IMG/VR virus record: IMGVR_UViG_3300026311_000001
Span: 19,873-83,872 of that record
From: a virus
Length of the DNA: 64,000 nt
Reading direction: 5' to 3' (one strand)
Part shown: in pieces, positions 9,232-19,365 of the stretch
Layout of the letters: every line of letters begins with the position of its first letter
How positions within the stretch are numbered: position 1 is the stretch's first letter
Translations under genes and position numbers: made by a program
The notes under the pieces: model-generated
The model's input: the letters and a program-made list of their open reading frames with translations, nothing else
The model's database searches: none
What the model was told of the DNA's origin: nothing

Positions 9232-9516
9232 TTATCCAAAAATTAATTTAAAAGCGATTGAAAACCCTATTGTAATTACAGCGGCGGCACCTAATATCCA
9301 TGCACGATCCGTATTATAACGTTCCCTTAGTTTTGTGATTTCCTGCTTATTATCTGAAACCTCATGAATCAACCCTTTCCCTTGCGTATATTCTGAACCA
9401 AGTAATTCCCTCTTAATGTCAGTTACATCTTGTGGAACATCTTTCAGGGCATTAACAATTGTTCTGAAATTGTCAATTTCATCCTTCATAATGCAAGCGC
9501 CGTTTTTAGTAGTCAT
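9232..9516 (-). CDS. small C-terminally membrane-anchored protein
   Basis: 94-aa ORF, C-terminal TM ILGAAAVITIGFSIAFKLIF. Confidence 0.4.
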   Translation of the reverse strand: MTTKNGACIMKDEIDNFRTIVNALKDVPQDVTDIKRELLGSEYTQGKGLIHEVSDNKQEITKLRERYNTDRAWILGAAAVITIGFSIAFKLIFG

Positions 9517-9554
9517 AGCAAATCATTATTAAAGTGATTATTAATGTAGTCATA

Positions 9555-12080
9555 TTAATTTGCTTCAATTGCCTCAACCCAGTTATCTTTAATTATCTGA
9601 TCTCCAGTATCATTGGGGTGTACCCCATCCCCTGAATCAAAAGCCTCATCTAAATACTCATCTTCATCCAAATCAAGCCCCGTGGTGTTCGCGGTCATCA
9701 CATAATCAATTCCTGTGATTGTACTGCTTATTGCGGCATTTAAAGCCAACCATTTCGTATGATTTACCTCACCCTCTGCTGTGGGCGTCAATGTCGCTGC
9801 AATAATTATAGCTTCCGGCGCATCGGTATTTAGTTGATCAACCAAAATTTGATAATGGCCAGGACCGTCTGCTTCGGCACCAAGATCGTTAAGACCTATT
9901 TGTAAGCATATATATTCAAACGATTGTTGGGCCGAATCACTTAGTGCGTCCCACGCTGTTTTTTGTTGAAGAATTGTGTGGCCTGAAACCGCAATATTTG
10001 TTATCACATAAGGTTCGTCGTCGGCAATAAACAAATCATCAATAGGGGCCATAGTGCTATTCCCGAGTAACAATACTTCCGATTGATCAATTTCAACCGT
10101 GAACCTTACACCAATATATCCACCATCGTAATCAGCCGAATACCTTACAAAAAGATACCTCCCTGAGCTTGTATATGGACCCAGGCTTGATATATCACCA
10201 ATGGGACCCTCTTTCAGTTCAAGAAAATTATTATCAGTTTGGTTCCCATCAAGTATATGGATTCTATCACCGTTGCCTATTCCGCCAGCGGTAAAGTCTA
10301 CCGTTGCAGTATTCCCCTCACCGGCATCTATCAGCCATGTTTCATCAAATCCATCAAGGACAAAACCATAGTCACTGCTTTGATAAGTATTTTCTTCTGT
10401 GATCAAGTGATCGTATTTTAAATTTTTATTCTGAATTGGTTGCGGAGTTTTTAAAAATGGATTTGCGTGCAATGCTTGCGTTCCCCAGGTCGGATCATCT
10501 TCCAGTGTGAATAGCTTGAAATTATCAAGTATAACATAGCATCCATCGTCTGAAGGAGCATAATATTCTCCAGTACCGCCATGAAAGCTACATATAATCA
10601 CTCCGTCAATACCCCATGCCGGATCATCAACCTCCATATATTTTATCTCATCATCTTCAAGTACTTTATGCCCATCTGCCCATACCTCATGTATGCCATC
10701 TGTGTTTGCATCCCCACCTGTAAAAGTATTGATGGCCACCCTTTGAACTACCTCGTATTCATTGCCATAAACCATGAAAATAGTATCCAGCCAATCCGTA
10801 TTAGCCCATCCGCACCATATTTTATCGTGTGAATATTCATAAGTATACCATTCCCCAGCCTGTTCAAAGTTAACTTTAGCTATAAAGCCATCACTGCCCT
10901 CCGGGCATTCTCCCGGTGAAAATCCTTTTGGCTTTGCCGAAAACCCCGGCATTTTACCGCCACCGGAACTGTTATAGTTCCATGAATATTTTATATGAAA
11001 GCTGAGATAGTACTCTCGCGCATCAGGGACCACCACTGATACCTCAAAGCCTCCGATAGTAGCCCCCGGCGGGCTATAAACTTTCAATGCTTTGGAAATC
11101 TCACCGTCGATAGTGTCGAGAACTATTGAAGATACCGGTACGCCTAAATATACATTGACGTTGTTATAGTTAGTTTCGGGCCAATATTTAACAGAACTAT
11201 CATAACTAAACACGCCAAGGTTCATTCGGCTGAAATCTTCTTCCCATATTATATTATCTTCTGGTTCAGGAACGACTTTTTGTGGTTTACCTTTTTTCCT
11301 GAATAGATTTTTCTGGACATACGATGAACCGACCTTCCTGTATCTGTCTTTCAGCACATTGTTTCGATATGTGTTTTTTTCTATGCGTGTTTCTACCACG
11401 AACGGATAAGAAATACCATTATATAAACTACTGGCCTCATCTGTCGTCAGTACACGACTCCACATACCAACTTCGTCAATTAATCCATTGAAATCTCTTA
11501 ATGTCGATGAACTAGTATATGTCCCTATTATATTTGAGCTGCTCCCATTGGTAACATTTGCTGTTAGTGTAAACGTTCCCGCAGGTGATCCGTTTATATA
11601 ATATGTTCCAGTGTTTGCTGTTGTATTAAATGTGACTAATATATAATGCCAGTTATTAACAGATATAGTACTTGTACTTTGATCTGCCTCTGACACGTTC
11701 ACGATAACAAATTGTATCGCCCCATTATTTCTTACAACCAAAGATGCTGCACCTGTTTCACCCCCCACAACGGCAATAAATGAACTCTCATAACTAATGA
11801 CTTTCACCCATGCACCTATAGATAGGTTTCCAGTTAATTGTATCCGGGCATTATCCGGGAGTGTAATGAATTGTGAACTACCATTAAATGAGTACGCATT
11901 CCCTATATGTCCTGACACTCCCTGTGTAGCCCCTGTTACTGTTCCGTTGTTATATCCTGTTGCGTCAATAGCATTCCCCGAAGACTCATCCAACTTCCAA
12001 TACCCGTTTATATCAGTCAGTAAGCTAGACTGAGAATACGCATTAACACAAACCAATAAGCATATAATTATTTTTCGCAT
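9555..12080 (-). CDS. secreted LamG-lectin / SGNH-hydrolase fibre or spike protein
   Basis: Signal peptide MRKIIICLLVCVNAYSQ; LamG-like N-terminus (..LIDEVGMWSRVLT); C-terminal SGNH blocks LLLGNST, GLNDLG, DGVHPND. Confidence 0.6.
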   Translation of the reverse strand: MRKIIICLLVCVNAYSQSSLLTDINGYWKLDESSGNAIDATGYNNGTVTGATQGVSGHIGNAYSFNGSSQFITLPDNARIQLTGNLSIGAWVKVISYESSFIAVVGGETGAASLVVRNNGAIQFVIVNVSEADQSTSTISVNNWHYILVTFNTTANTGTYYINGSPAGTFTLTANVTNGSSSNIIGTYTSSSTLRDFNGLIDEVGMWSRVLTTDEASSLYNGISYPFVVETRIEKNTYRNNVLKDRYRKVGSSYVQKNLFRKKGKPQKVVPEPEDNIIWEEDFSRMNLGVFSYDSSVKYWPETNYNNVNVYLGVPVSSIVLDTIDGEISKALKVYSPPGATIGGFEVSVVVPDAREYYLSFHIKYSWNYNSSGGGKMPGFSAKPKGFSPGECPEGSDGFIAKVNFEQAGEWYTYEYSHDKIWCGWANTDWLDTIFMVYGNEYEVVQRVAINTFTGGDANTDGIHEVWADGHKVLEDDEIKYMEVDDPAWGIDGVIICSFHGGTGEYYAPSDDGCYVILDNFKLFTLEDDPTWGTQALHANPFLKTPQPIQNKNLKYDHLITEENTYQSSDYGFVLDGFDETWLIDAGEGNTATVDFTAGGIGNGDRIHILDGNQTDNNFLELKEGPIGDISSLGPYTSSGRYLFVRYSADYDGGYIGVRFTVEIDQSEVLLLGNSTMAPIDDLFIADDEPYVITNIAVSGHTILQQKTAWDALSDSAQQSFEYICLQIGLNDLGAEADGPGHYQILVDQLNTDAPEAIIIAATLTPTAEGEVNHTKWLALNAAISSTITGIDYVMTANTTGLDLDEDEYLDEAFDSGDGVHPNDTGDQIIKDNWVEAIEAN

Positions 12081-13822
12081 TTCTCAAGATATTGTTTCAA
12101 AAGCAATTGTTCAAGTACTGAAACCCTATTTCTTAACTCTTCAAGTTCTATATCTTGCTGTTCATTCTGTTTCAGCAAAAACTCATTCATAGCCTGTAAT
12201 CTCGGAATAGCAGATTTCCATGAGTTTCCAATTGTATAATGTTTTTTACCGTTTATATCATACCATGCTATTTCCCCACCGTAAGTATCCGACAACATAT
12301 CTTTCGCCTTCTTTAGTGGTGCTTTTAACGCCCATCCGGCATCTGGCAGTGAGTCTGTTATTATGGCGCCAGTGGCACTTAACCCCAACGACATATCACC
12401 ATTTATAGAACCTATAAGGTATGGGAGGTAAACTGAATCCCCGGTAGCTATTATGGTGCCATTTAATGAAACAGAATCTTCGTCCATATAAGTATTGGAC
12501 GACCCCGTTATCGTACTTGATGACGAGAAATATGTTATTTGGTTTAGGTCTGGTGATCCAGTAGTTGCCATACCCCCACCAAACGTAGATGACGCAGCTA
12601 ATGATATACTACCATCTGGAGCCACAATCGGTACCGAATATACTTCCGGTGCTGAAGTAAACGATACAAGGTTTACGTGTGTCCCATTTGCTGTTATAAC
12701 AGACCCGGCATGTACACGTGTCGCACTTAATCCCGTGACAACTGCCGAATCCATTAGATTATTTATCTTTTTGCTTAATCCTGAATTATATTCTGAGGTA
12801 AATGTAGATTGCGCTCCTGCTACTAATCCTAGCTTGTCTGCGGACACCCATGAGTAACCGGTGTTAGCATCACTGTAATTTGGTCGTATAGGAGCCGATG
12901 TAGACGTTGGACTTGTATTCAAAACAACGGCATTTTTTGTATAAAATCCTCCATCCACACTACCTGCTATTATAGTAACCCCGTAACCACCTGCATATTC
13001 AAAATAAAAGATACCATTTGAAGGCCCATTACTCCTAATTCTTTTCGACCCAGAAGGATTAAATAATAAAGTGTCAATTGTTACCGAAGTCCAGCTACTA
13101 TCCCCTGATGGATCAACCCCATCCACGGCACTAGCTATCAATGACTCTATTTCTGCCGGATACATATAAGTTAATGTATCCCTGTAATTATCTATAGCTG
13201 TAGCCACATCATCATCACTGGCTGAATTATCCGTTATAAGAGTTATTAACTGACTTATCGTTAATGTAGAATCCCCAATCCATCCCCTTATCGTACTTTC
13301 TATATCCGGTATTACATTTAACGTATCCCTGAAATTATCCAAATTAGTGTTTAGTGTTTCAAGGTTTATTGAATACGATTCCACAATATCAATTACAGCT
13401 TGTTCATCTACCCCGCTTGCATCTATCATATCCTGGATCTGACTTGATGTTAATATGTTTGATGCATTAAGCCATGTTACCCCGTCATCAAAGGATATAG
13501 AATCTACCTTAAGACTGCTTAATGCTGATAAAGCTATGTCAGGCGCAATATGCTGTTTGCCATATAATGTATTGAAAGCTGTCATCGCAGAATCCATTAA
13601 CCCACTTCTCCCTGTCAATGCACCCAATAAATACAAGTCCATGAGCGTGTTGCCTTGTTCGAGTATTTTTTGTGAGTTTAATGCTTTTGATAAATTATTA
13701 TTATCTGCATAATTCTTGTACTGTGCGTAGTTTCGGTAAAGTGTGGTGAGTACTGAGTTTTGGGAATATCCGTATAATGTGATTATACTTAATCCGATAA
13801 ACAATATTAATCGTTTCATCAC
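12068..13822 (-). CDS. secreted fibre-like protein
   Basis: Signal peptide MMKRLILFIGLSIITLYGYSQ; S/T/G-rich body; C-terminal coiled coil. Confidence 0.45.
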   Translation of the reverse strand: MMKRLILFIGLSIITLYGYSQNSVLTTLYRNYAQYKNYADNNNLSKALNSQKILEQGNTLMDLYLLGALTGRSGLMDSAMTAFNTLYGKQHIAPDIALSALSSLKVDSISFDDGVTWLNASNILTSSQIQDMIDASGVDEQAVIDIVESYSINLETLNTNLDNFRDTLNVIPDIESTIRGWIGDSTLTISQLITLITDNSASDDDVATAIDNYRDTLTYMYPAEIESLIASAVDGVDPSGDSSWTSVTIDTLLFNPSGSKRIRSNGPSNGIFYFEYAGGYGVTIIAGSVDGGFYTKNAVVLNTSPTSTSAPIRPNYSDANTGYSWVSADKLGLVAGAQSTFTSEYNSGLSKKINNLMDSAVVTGLSATRVHAGSVITANGTHVNLVSFTSAPEVYSVPIVAPDGSISLAASSTFGGGMATTGSPDLNQITYFSSSSTITGSSNTYMDEDSVSLNGTIIATGDSVYLPYLIGSINGDMSLGLSATGAIITDSLPDAGWALKAPLKKAKDMLSDTYGGEIAWYDINGKKHYTIGNSWKSAIPRLQAMNEFLLKQNEQQDIELEELRNRVSVLEQLLLKQYLEKCEK

Positions 13823-13862
13823 TATTTTTTCTCAAAAATAGCAATTCTATTAAACTGGATTT

Positions 13863-14570
13863 TCAAACGGTTTTTGCGGCGATCTTACACCTTTGGCAGT
13901 AGTAATATTTTTTACCTAATATTTTGTAAATATCATTCTCCAACTCAGGTGCGAACTTATTAAATTCATCGGTGAATATTACCTTATCCCCTTTTTTTAC
14001 ATCTATCCCTTCATCGGCATTTTCTAACGTACTCTTGGTATAATAATAATTTGGATAAGATGTGTATTCTATAACGCCGTAACGGTAATCAATGACTTTT
14101 AAAGATGGTGCAGCTAAGTTTAGTTTTGTTTTGTATGTTTGGTATACCGGGGTAAAAAGCAGATATCCATTAACAGGGATGATCTTTTCTTTTCTTAATG
14201 CCGCAATGATATGATAATAAAGTATCATCCGATATTCTTTCCCGTCTGCCGTTTTTATTACTTTTGCGAATAACGAATCATGATATTGTACGAATATTTT
14301 ATCTCCTTTTTTTAAGTCTATCTTTGTTTTCCAGTATCCTCTTACTTCAGTTAGTTCTTCAGGAAGTTCAGCTACTTCAAATACACGTTCTACATTTTGC
14401 GTTAAATACTGGTCTCTATGATAAGATTCCGCTACCCTCTGAAGCCCTCCTTTAGTTTTTTCCTGAAAGTTATTTTTGATCCTTAAACATAACACATAAT
14501 TGTTCTGAGGTTTCAATCCTTTTATCGTATCCATCCTTATTACCTCGTGGATTTCTCTTTGGGTTTGCAT
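13863..14570 (-). CDS. hypothetical protein
   Basis: 235-aa ORF with two KKGDK-type beta-rich halves; function not recognised. Confidence 0.4.
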   Translation of the reverse strand: MQTQREIHEVIRMDTIKGLKPQNNYVLCLRIKNNFQEKTKGGLQRVAESYHRDQYLTQNVERVFEVAELPEELTEVRGYWKTKIDLKKGDKIFVQYHDSLFAKVIKTADGKEYRMILYYHIIAALRKEKIIPVNGYLLFTPVYQTYKTKLNLAAPSLKVIDYRYGVIEYTSYPNYYYTKSTLENADEGIDVKKGDKVIFTDEFNKFAPELENDIYKILGKKYYYCQRCKIAAKTV

Positions 14571-14880
14571 AATTGTATCTCCCTCTGTATTTATATTTTT
14601 TTATTACTTTCTCATCAAGATAAAGCCTTCTTCTTAATACTATTGCATCTATCGCTTCTAAGGTTTCTTCGCACTCTTTTTTTAGGGCGATCTTTTCATT
14701 GGTTTGTTTTAAGAATTCTATCCTGATTATTTTTTCTTCAGTCTTAGTCTTGACTGTCTCGATGGTATTATTCACAAAGTTTGTTATCAGGTCGTCAAAT
14801 TCACTTTCGTCCGCGAAATTTCTTGTGGATATGATAGCCAGTAATTCGCTAACCGTATTTCCTACTTCGATGATATACAA
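14470..14880 (-). CDS. hypothetical protein
   Basis: 136-aa ORF; overlaps the next ORF by about 100 nt. Confidence 0.4.
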   Translation of the reverse strand: MYIIEVGNTVSELLAIISTRNFADESEFDDLITNFVNNTIETVKTKTEEKIIRIEFLKQTNEKIALKKECEETLEAIDAIVLRRRLYLDEKVIKKYKYRGRYNYANPKRNPRGNKDGYDKRIETSEQLCVMFKDQK

Positions 14881-14948
14881 AATATTATATGATATGTAAT
14901 GTAAAAATAAGTAAATTATACTATATTTGAAAAAAATTTCGTAACATT

Positions 14949-15140
14949 ATGCCAGATTTTGAAAAAAACGAAATCTATTTTATCAATTTCCTTCATGATT
15001 TACAATCCGAAATATCAGATTTTTTCTATGACATAGCAATGGGTGAAGAATATAACGAAGATACCGCAGGGAGGTTATTCAGGTTCTATAAACTAAACCA
15101 ACAATTACAGGCTGACAACCAACGAAAAACCCCGGCTTAG
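14949..15140 (+). CDS. hypothetical small protein
   Basis: 63-aa ORF ending at a bidirectional terminator. Confidence 0.35.
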   Translation: MPDFEKNEIYFINFLHDLQSEISDFFYDIAMGEEYNEDTAGRLFRFYKLNQQLQADNQRKTPA

Positions 15141-15158
15141 TTCCGGGGTTTTGCTTTT
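15125..15158. terminator. bidirectional hairpin terminator between convergent genes
   Basis: AACCCCGG-cttagtt-CCGGGGTT flanked by A-run and T-run. Confidence 0.6.
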
Positions 15159-15441
15159 AAGTAGTATTATCCGAATCCTCTATCGCGGCTACTGTTTCTG
15201 TACACCACAAATCGAGATAATCACTTGGCCCATCACCTACGTCTATTCTGACACGGGAATTTGTGATACCATCAACGATACCATCTTTCTTACACACCGA
15301 AGGAATAATAGATATTACCTTATCGGTATTAATTGCCCATACTTCAGATGCATAGTTTACTGCCCTTCTCATCTTCTGACGAGCGCGGGTTACTGTTACG
15401 CTTTGTAAACTCATTTCTATTTTATTTTTAATGTTTGTCAA
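15157..15441 (-). CDS. hypothetical protein
   Basis: 94-aa ORF (alternative start MSLQ at 15414). Confidence 0.4.
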   Translation of the reverse strand: MTNIKNKIEMSLQSVTVTRARQKMRRAVNYASEVWAINTDKVISIIPSVCKKDGIVDGITNSRVRIDVGDGPSDYLDLWCTETVAAIEDSDNTT

Positions 15442-15501
15442 ATATATATATTTGTTTTTTGGCGTTTTTTATGTACATTTATGCCATAATTCAGTTAGTT
15501 T

Positions 15502-16059
15502 ATGGGTAAAATATTAGGGGTCGATGAGAACGGTGTATACGTTATCGACAAATCACAGCCGGTAAAACTCGATTTAGGTAGTGGATTAAATCAGATGCCT
15601 CATGAAGACGGGTGGATTCACCAGGATGTATCTTCAGCAAATGGAATAGAGATTGTATGTGAGTGGAAAAAAATACCATTAGAATCGGGAATAGTTGATA
15701 TATGCAGAATGGGAGACATAATAGAGCATATATTCCCGGATGATAAGGATACCATATTGAAAGAATGGAATAGGATTTTAAAAATAGGGGCAAAAGTACA
15801 TCTTACAACTCCAAACTTTGACTATTCATGCAGGGAATACACTCTTGGAAGAATGACGTTACATGAAGCACAACAAAATCTTTACGGCGACAGGATGAAC
15901 CAATGGTCAATTCATTGGGGAACATATACATTATCAACACTAAGAGAAACTTTAGAAAAATACGGATTTGGAGAAATAGACTTTAGTGAATCTCCGGGAG
16001 AAAAAAATTGTCCGTGGTGGATTGTTGCCAACTTTATTAAGATTAATAATGTTCACTAA
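15502..16059 (+). CDS. class I SAM-dependent methyltransferase
   Basis: VKLDLGSGLNQ glycine-rich motif I, later GDIIEHI and LKIGAKVHLTTPN. Confidence 0.55.
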   Translation: MGKILGVDENGVYVIDKSQPVKLDLGSGLNQMPHEDGWIHQDVSSANGIEIVCEWKKIPLESGIVDICRMGDIIEHIFPDDKDTILKEWNRILKIGAKVHLTTPNFDYSCREYTLGRMTLHEAQQNLYGDRMNQWSIHWGTYTLSTLRETLEKYGFGEIDFSESPGEKNCPWWIVANFIKINNVH

Positions 16060-16068
16060 TATCTAAGA

Positions 16069-16725
16069 ATGTCTAAAACAATAGCACTTATCATTAATTG
16101 GAATAGGCTTGAATATCCTAAAAACATGGCCGACTGGCTGGCTGAAAACGGGACTGTTGAACCAATAATAGTAGACAATGGCAGCACTTATCCACCGCTT
16201 TTAGAATATTACAAAAAATGTCCTCACAAAGTAGAGATGCTTAACGCCAATTGGGGGCCTGCCGGAATATTTTTATGTGGTGTCCTTGAAAAGTACGGAG
16301 TATCAGAAAATTTCATAATAACTGATTCTGATCTCGATTTAACCGGAGTACCAAGTGATTTTTTACACATCCTACGACTAGGATTAGACAGGTATAGTTT
16401 TGCTCATAAATCAGGATTCTCTTTAAAAATAGATGATTTACCTGAAAACGAACTAAAAGAATATGTCCTTCAATGGGAGCGACCGGCGTGGGGCAATAAA
16501 TTAGATAGTCAATTTTATTCAGCATATATTGACACTACTTTTTGTCTTTGCAGAAAGATTTATAATGATTTCCCATCGGTAAGATCGGCTCCGCCGTATC
16601 AGGTTCGACATTTACCGTGGTATTTAACCAAAGAAAACATCCCTCATGACGAAAAATACTACCTTGAACATACATCGTCATGTAGTGCATATGCAGAAAG
16701 ATTAAAACTAATGTTAGGAATATGA
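16069..16725 (+). CDS. glycosyltransferase family 2-like
   Basis: IALIINWNR..IIVDNGSTYP N-terminal GT-A pattern. Confidence 0.45.
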   Translation: MSKTIALIINWNRLEYPKNMADWLAENGTVEPIIVDNGSTYPPLLEYYKKCPHKVEMLNANWGPAGIFLCGVLEKYGVSENFIITDSDLDLTGVPSDFLHILRLGLDRYSFAHKSGFSLKIDDLPENELKEYVLQWERPAWGNKLDSQFYSAYIDTTFCLCRKIYNDFPSVRSAPPYQVRHLPWYLTKENIPHDEKYYLEHTSSCSAYAERLKLMLGI

Positions 16726-17132
16726 TAAAGATTTATTCTAACGTTGTGAAGGGATTGTTGCTACATCAAGTATGTAGATTTGAAGAAATACAAGAAGAGC
16801 GCACAAACCTATGTTCAGACAGTTCATTTATTCAATGTGCTGCTTTAAATATGAATAAAGGAAAGACATTTAAACCTCATAGGCACATTACAAAAAATCG
16901 CAATGAAATTTATACCCCTCAAGAGAGTTGGATTATATTAAAAGGGATCGCAAAAGTATTCTTATACGATACTGATGATTCATTATTAGCCACATACATA
17001 CTTAAACGAGGAGATTCCAGTTTCACTTTTTATGGTGGCCATACGTATGAAATTATGGAAAACAATACTATTGTAATGGAATATAAGACAGGGCCATACG
17101 AAGGACAGTCAAATGATAAGATTTTCATATGA
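16722..17132 (+). CDS. cupin-fold sugar isomerase/epimerase-like (WxcM/FdtA-like)
   Basis: KPHRH..ESWIILKG..YGGHTYE cupin motifs; translationally coupled within the sugar cluster. Confidence 0.4.
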   Translation: MIKIYSNVVKGLLLHQVCRFEEIQEERTNLCSDSSFIQCAALNMNKGKTFKPHRHITKNRNEIYTPQESWIILKGIAKVFLYDTDDSLLATYILKRGDSSFTFYGGHTYEIMENNTIVMEYKTGPYEGQSNDKIFI

Positions 17133-17161
17133 AAAAAGTTTTCATATATAATTGAAAATTA

Positions 17162-17200
17162 TTTATATGACGGAGCGTAAAACCCACAGGTCTTTGGTCA
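17162..17200 (+). repeat. degenerate left-end remnant of the TAGTTCAC-type TnpB element family
   Basis: ATTTATATGACGGAGCGTAAAACCCA closely matches ATTTATAAAACGGAGCGTAAAACCCA at 63742-63767. Confidence 0.4.
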
Positions 17201-17214
17201 AAACATAAAATTAG

Positions 17215-17736
17215 ATGGCGGTATTTGGTAAGGATATAAGGATACATAAAACGGCTGTTTTAAAACAGAAAAGCGTAATTAATTTTGGTAATCATATCTC
17301 TATTGATATGGGGGTTTACATTTCAACATACGCTGATATTGGGAGTTATGTTCATATTGCTCCTTATGTTTGTGTAATTGGGGGAAGTGCCGGATATTTA
17401 AGAATGGAAGACTTTACTAATATTTCTACCGGATGTAATATAATTATTATCAGTGATGACTTTAAATACGGAATGATCAACCCGATAGTTCCTATAAAAT
17501 ACAGACACTTAATAGGTAGCGAATTTATTATGAAAAGATTCTCAGTTATTGGGGCAGGTTCTACTGTCCTTCCTAACGTGATTATGGCTGAAGGGTCAGC
17601 TCTTGGGGCAAACTCATTACTTACAAAGAGTACTGAACCGTGGACTGTATATGCTGGTTCTCCGGCCAAACCAATCGGAGTAAGGGATAAAGAATTTATA
17701 TATAAATCAGCAAAAGAATTAGGATATGACATATAA
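17215..17736 (+). CDS. hexapeptide-repeat (left-handed beta-helix) acetyltransferase
   Basis: Repeated [LIV]-G-x4 hexapeptides: IGSYVHIAPYVCVIGG, VIGAGSTVLPNVIMAEGSALGANSLL. Confidence 0.6.
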   Translation: MAVFGKDIRIHKTAVLKQKSVINFGNHISIDMGVYISTYADIGSYVHIAPYVCVIGGSAGYLRMEDFTNISTGCNIIIISDDFKYGMINPIVPIKYRHLIGSEFIMKRFSVIGAGSTVLPNVIMAEGSALGANSLLTKSTEPWTVYAGSPAKPIGVRDKEFIYKSAKELGYDI

Positions 17737-18412
17737 CAGTTGGCCACTCGGTAAACTTCCAATAGAGAAACAAAGAAAGGAACCTGATACAATCAAAGGG
17801 ATGGGTTATTTATGGGATGATCCACGAGATATCATAGGAATGTTTGAAAATAAGGTAGCTGAGTTTGCCGGAGCTAAATACGCTGTAAGTACAGATTGTT
17901 GTTCACATGCCATATTCCTATGCCTAAAACTATTAGGGCTTAGAATTCCCATTACAATACCTAAACGGACATATATCTCGATTCCGATGCAGATAAGACA
18001 TGCTAATTGCCCGATAAGATATGAAGATTTAGAATGGTCTGGCATGTATCAATTAAAGCCGTTCCCTATTTATGATGCGGCTGTACGATGGCAAAAAGGT
18101 ATGTATATCCCCAATACATTTATGTGCCTTTCATTTCAGATAAAAAAGACTATCCCTATCGGAAGGGGAGGAATAATATTATGTGACAGTAAATATGCAT
18201 ACGATAGGTTAAAGTTAATGTCTTATGATGGCAGAGACTTAAACACACCATATGACAGTCCTGATCATATAAAATGTATCGGATATCATTATTATATGAC
18301 ACCTGAAGATGCTGCGAGGGGGATTATATTATTGGATTCTAATACCAAAGAGGGGGATTCAGGTAATTCAACGATGTACCCCGATGTATCAAATATCATG
18401 CAACGAATATGA
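17726..18412 (+). CDS. DegT/DnrJ/EryC1-type sugar aminotransferase, short form
   Basis: VAEFAGAKYAVSTDCCSHAIFLCLKLLG and LSFQIKKTIPIGRGGIIL (candidate PLP-lysine region); only 228 aa. Confidence 0.5.
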   Translation: MTYNSWPLGKLPIEKQRKEPDTIKGMGYLWDDPRDIIGMFENKVAEFAGAKYAVSTDCCSHAIFLCLKLLGLRIPITIPKRTYISIPMQIRHANCPIRYEDLEWSGMYQLKPFPIYDAAVRWQKGMYIPNTFMCLSFQIKKTIPIGRGGIILCDSKYAYDRLKLMSYDGRDLNTPYDSPDHIKCIGYHYYMTPEDAARGIILLDSNTKEGDSGNSTMYPDVSNIMQRI

Positions 18413-19365
18413 AGGCACTTATTACAGGCATAAGTGGTCAGGACGGATCTTACTTGTCAGAACATTTAATAAATGATGGCTATGAGGTGCATGGCCTCAT
18501 TCGTAGACATTCATTATCGGAAACACAACATCAAAGGACAGATCATATTGATAATGTTGAGTACCATTATGGAGATATGACAGATCCTTCTTCAATTGAA
18601 AAAGTATTAACAAAAGTTCATCCTGATCTTATTTTTAATCTTGCAGCACAATCCCATGTCCGTATTAGCTTTGACATACCTCAGTATACGATACAAGTAA
18701 ATGGCCTTGGCGTGGCAAATCTTCTTGAGGCATACAAAAGGATATGTCCTGAAGCTAAATTTTATCAGGCAAGCTCAAGTGAAATGTTTGGTCTTAGCGT
18801 TGAACAGGATATGAGTCAAAATGAGACCACTCCTATGAACCCAACAAGTCCATACGGATGCGCAAAAGTTATGGCTTATAATTTAGTGAGACATTATAGA
18901 AGGGCATATGGATTGCATTCTTGCAATGGTATTTTATTCAATCATGAATCACCAAGAAGAGGATTAAATTTTGTCACTCAAAAAGTGGTAAAAGGAGCAG
19001 TTGATATAAAAAAAAGGAAGACTAAATATCTTGAACTTGGCAATATAGACAGCATGAGAGATTGGGGCCATAGTAAGGATTACACAAAGGCAATGATTAA
19101 AATAATTCATCATAATATCCCCGATGATTTTGTAATAGCTACAGGTGAAACTCATTCTGTAAGGGATATGTGCGATCTTGCATTTGGTTATTTAGGACTT
19201 GACTACAAGGATTTTATAAAACAAAATTCTATTTTTTTTAGACCTGAAGAATTACCTTATTTAAAAGGTGATCCGACAAAAGCTAAAACGATATTAGGAT
19301 GGAATCCTGAATATACATTTGAAAGTACGATAAAAGAAATGTGTGATTACTGGATGCAATTATGA
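18409..19365 (+). CDS. gmd: GDP-mannose 4,6-dehydratase
   Basis: MKALITGISGQDGSYLSEHLI..GYEVHGLIRR, SSSEMFG, SPYGCAKV..Y, FNHESPRRG, LELGNIDSMRDWGHSKDY. Confidence 0.85.
   Translation: MKALITGISGQDGSYLSEHLINDGYEVHGLIRRHSLSETQHQRTDHIDNVEYHYGDMTDPSSIEKVLTKVHPDLIFNLAAQSHVRISFDIPQYTIQVNGLGVANLLEAYKRICPEAKFYQASSSEMFGLSVEQDMSQNETTPMNPTSPYGCAKVMAYNLVRHYRRAYGLHSCNGILFNHESPRRGLNFVTQKVVKGAVDIKKRKTKYLELGNIDSMRDWGHSKDYTKAMIKIIHHNIPDDFVIATGETHSVRDMCDLAFGYLGLDYKDFIKQNSIFFRPEELPYLKGDPTKAKTILGWNPEYTFESTIKEMCDYWMQL

Noticed and set aside
13863-14880. Programmed frameshift between ORFs 14470..14880 and 13863..14570 (101-nt overlap)
   Set aside because: No slippery heptamer or downstream structure was seen in the overlap. 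An internal start (MDTIKG, 14534) reduces the overlap.
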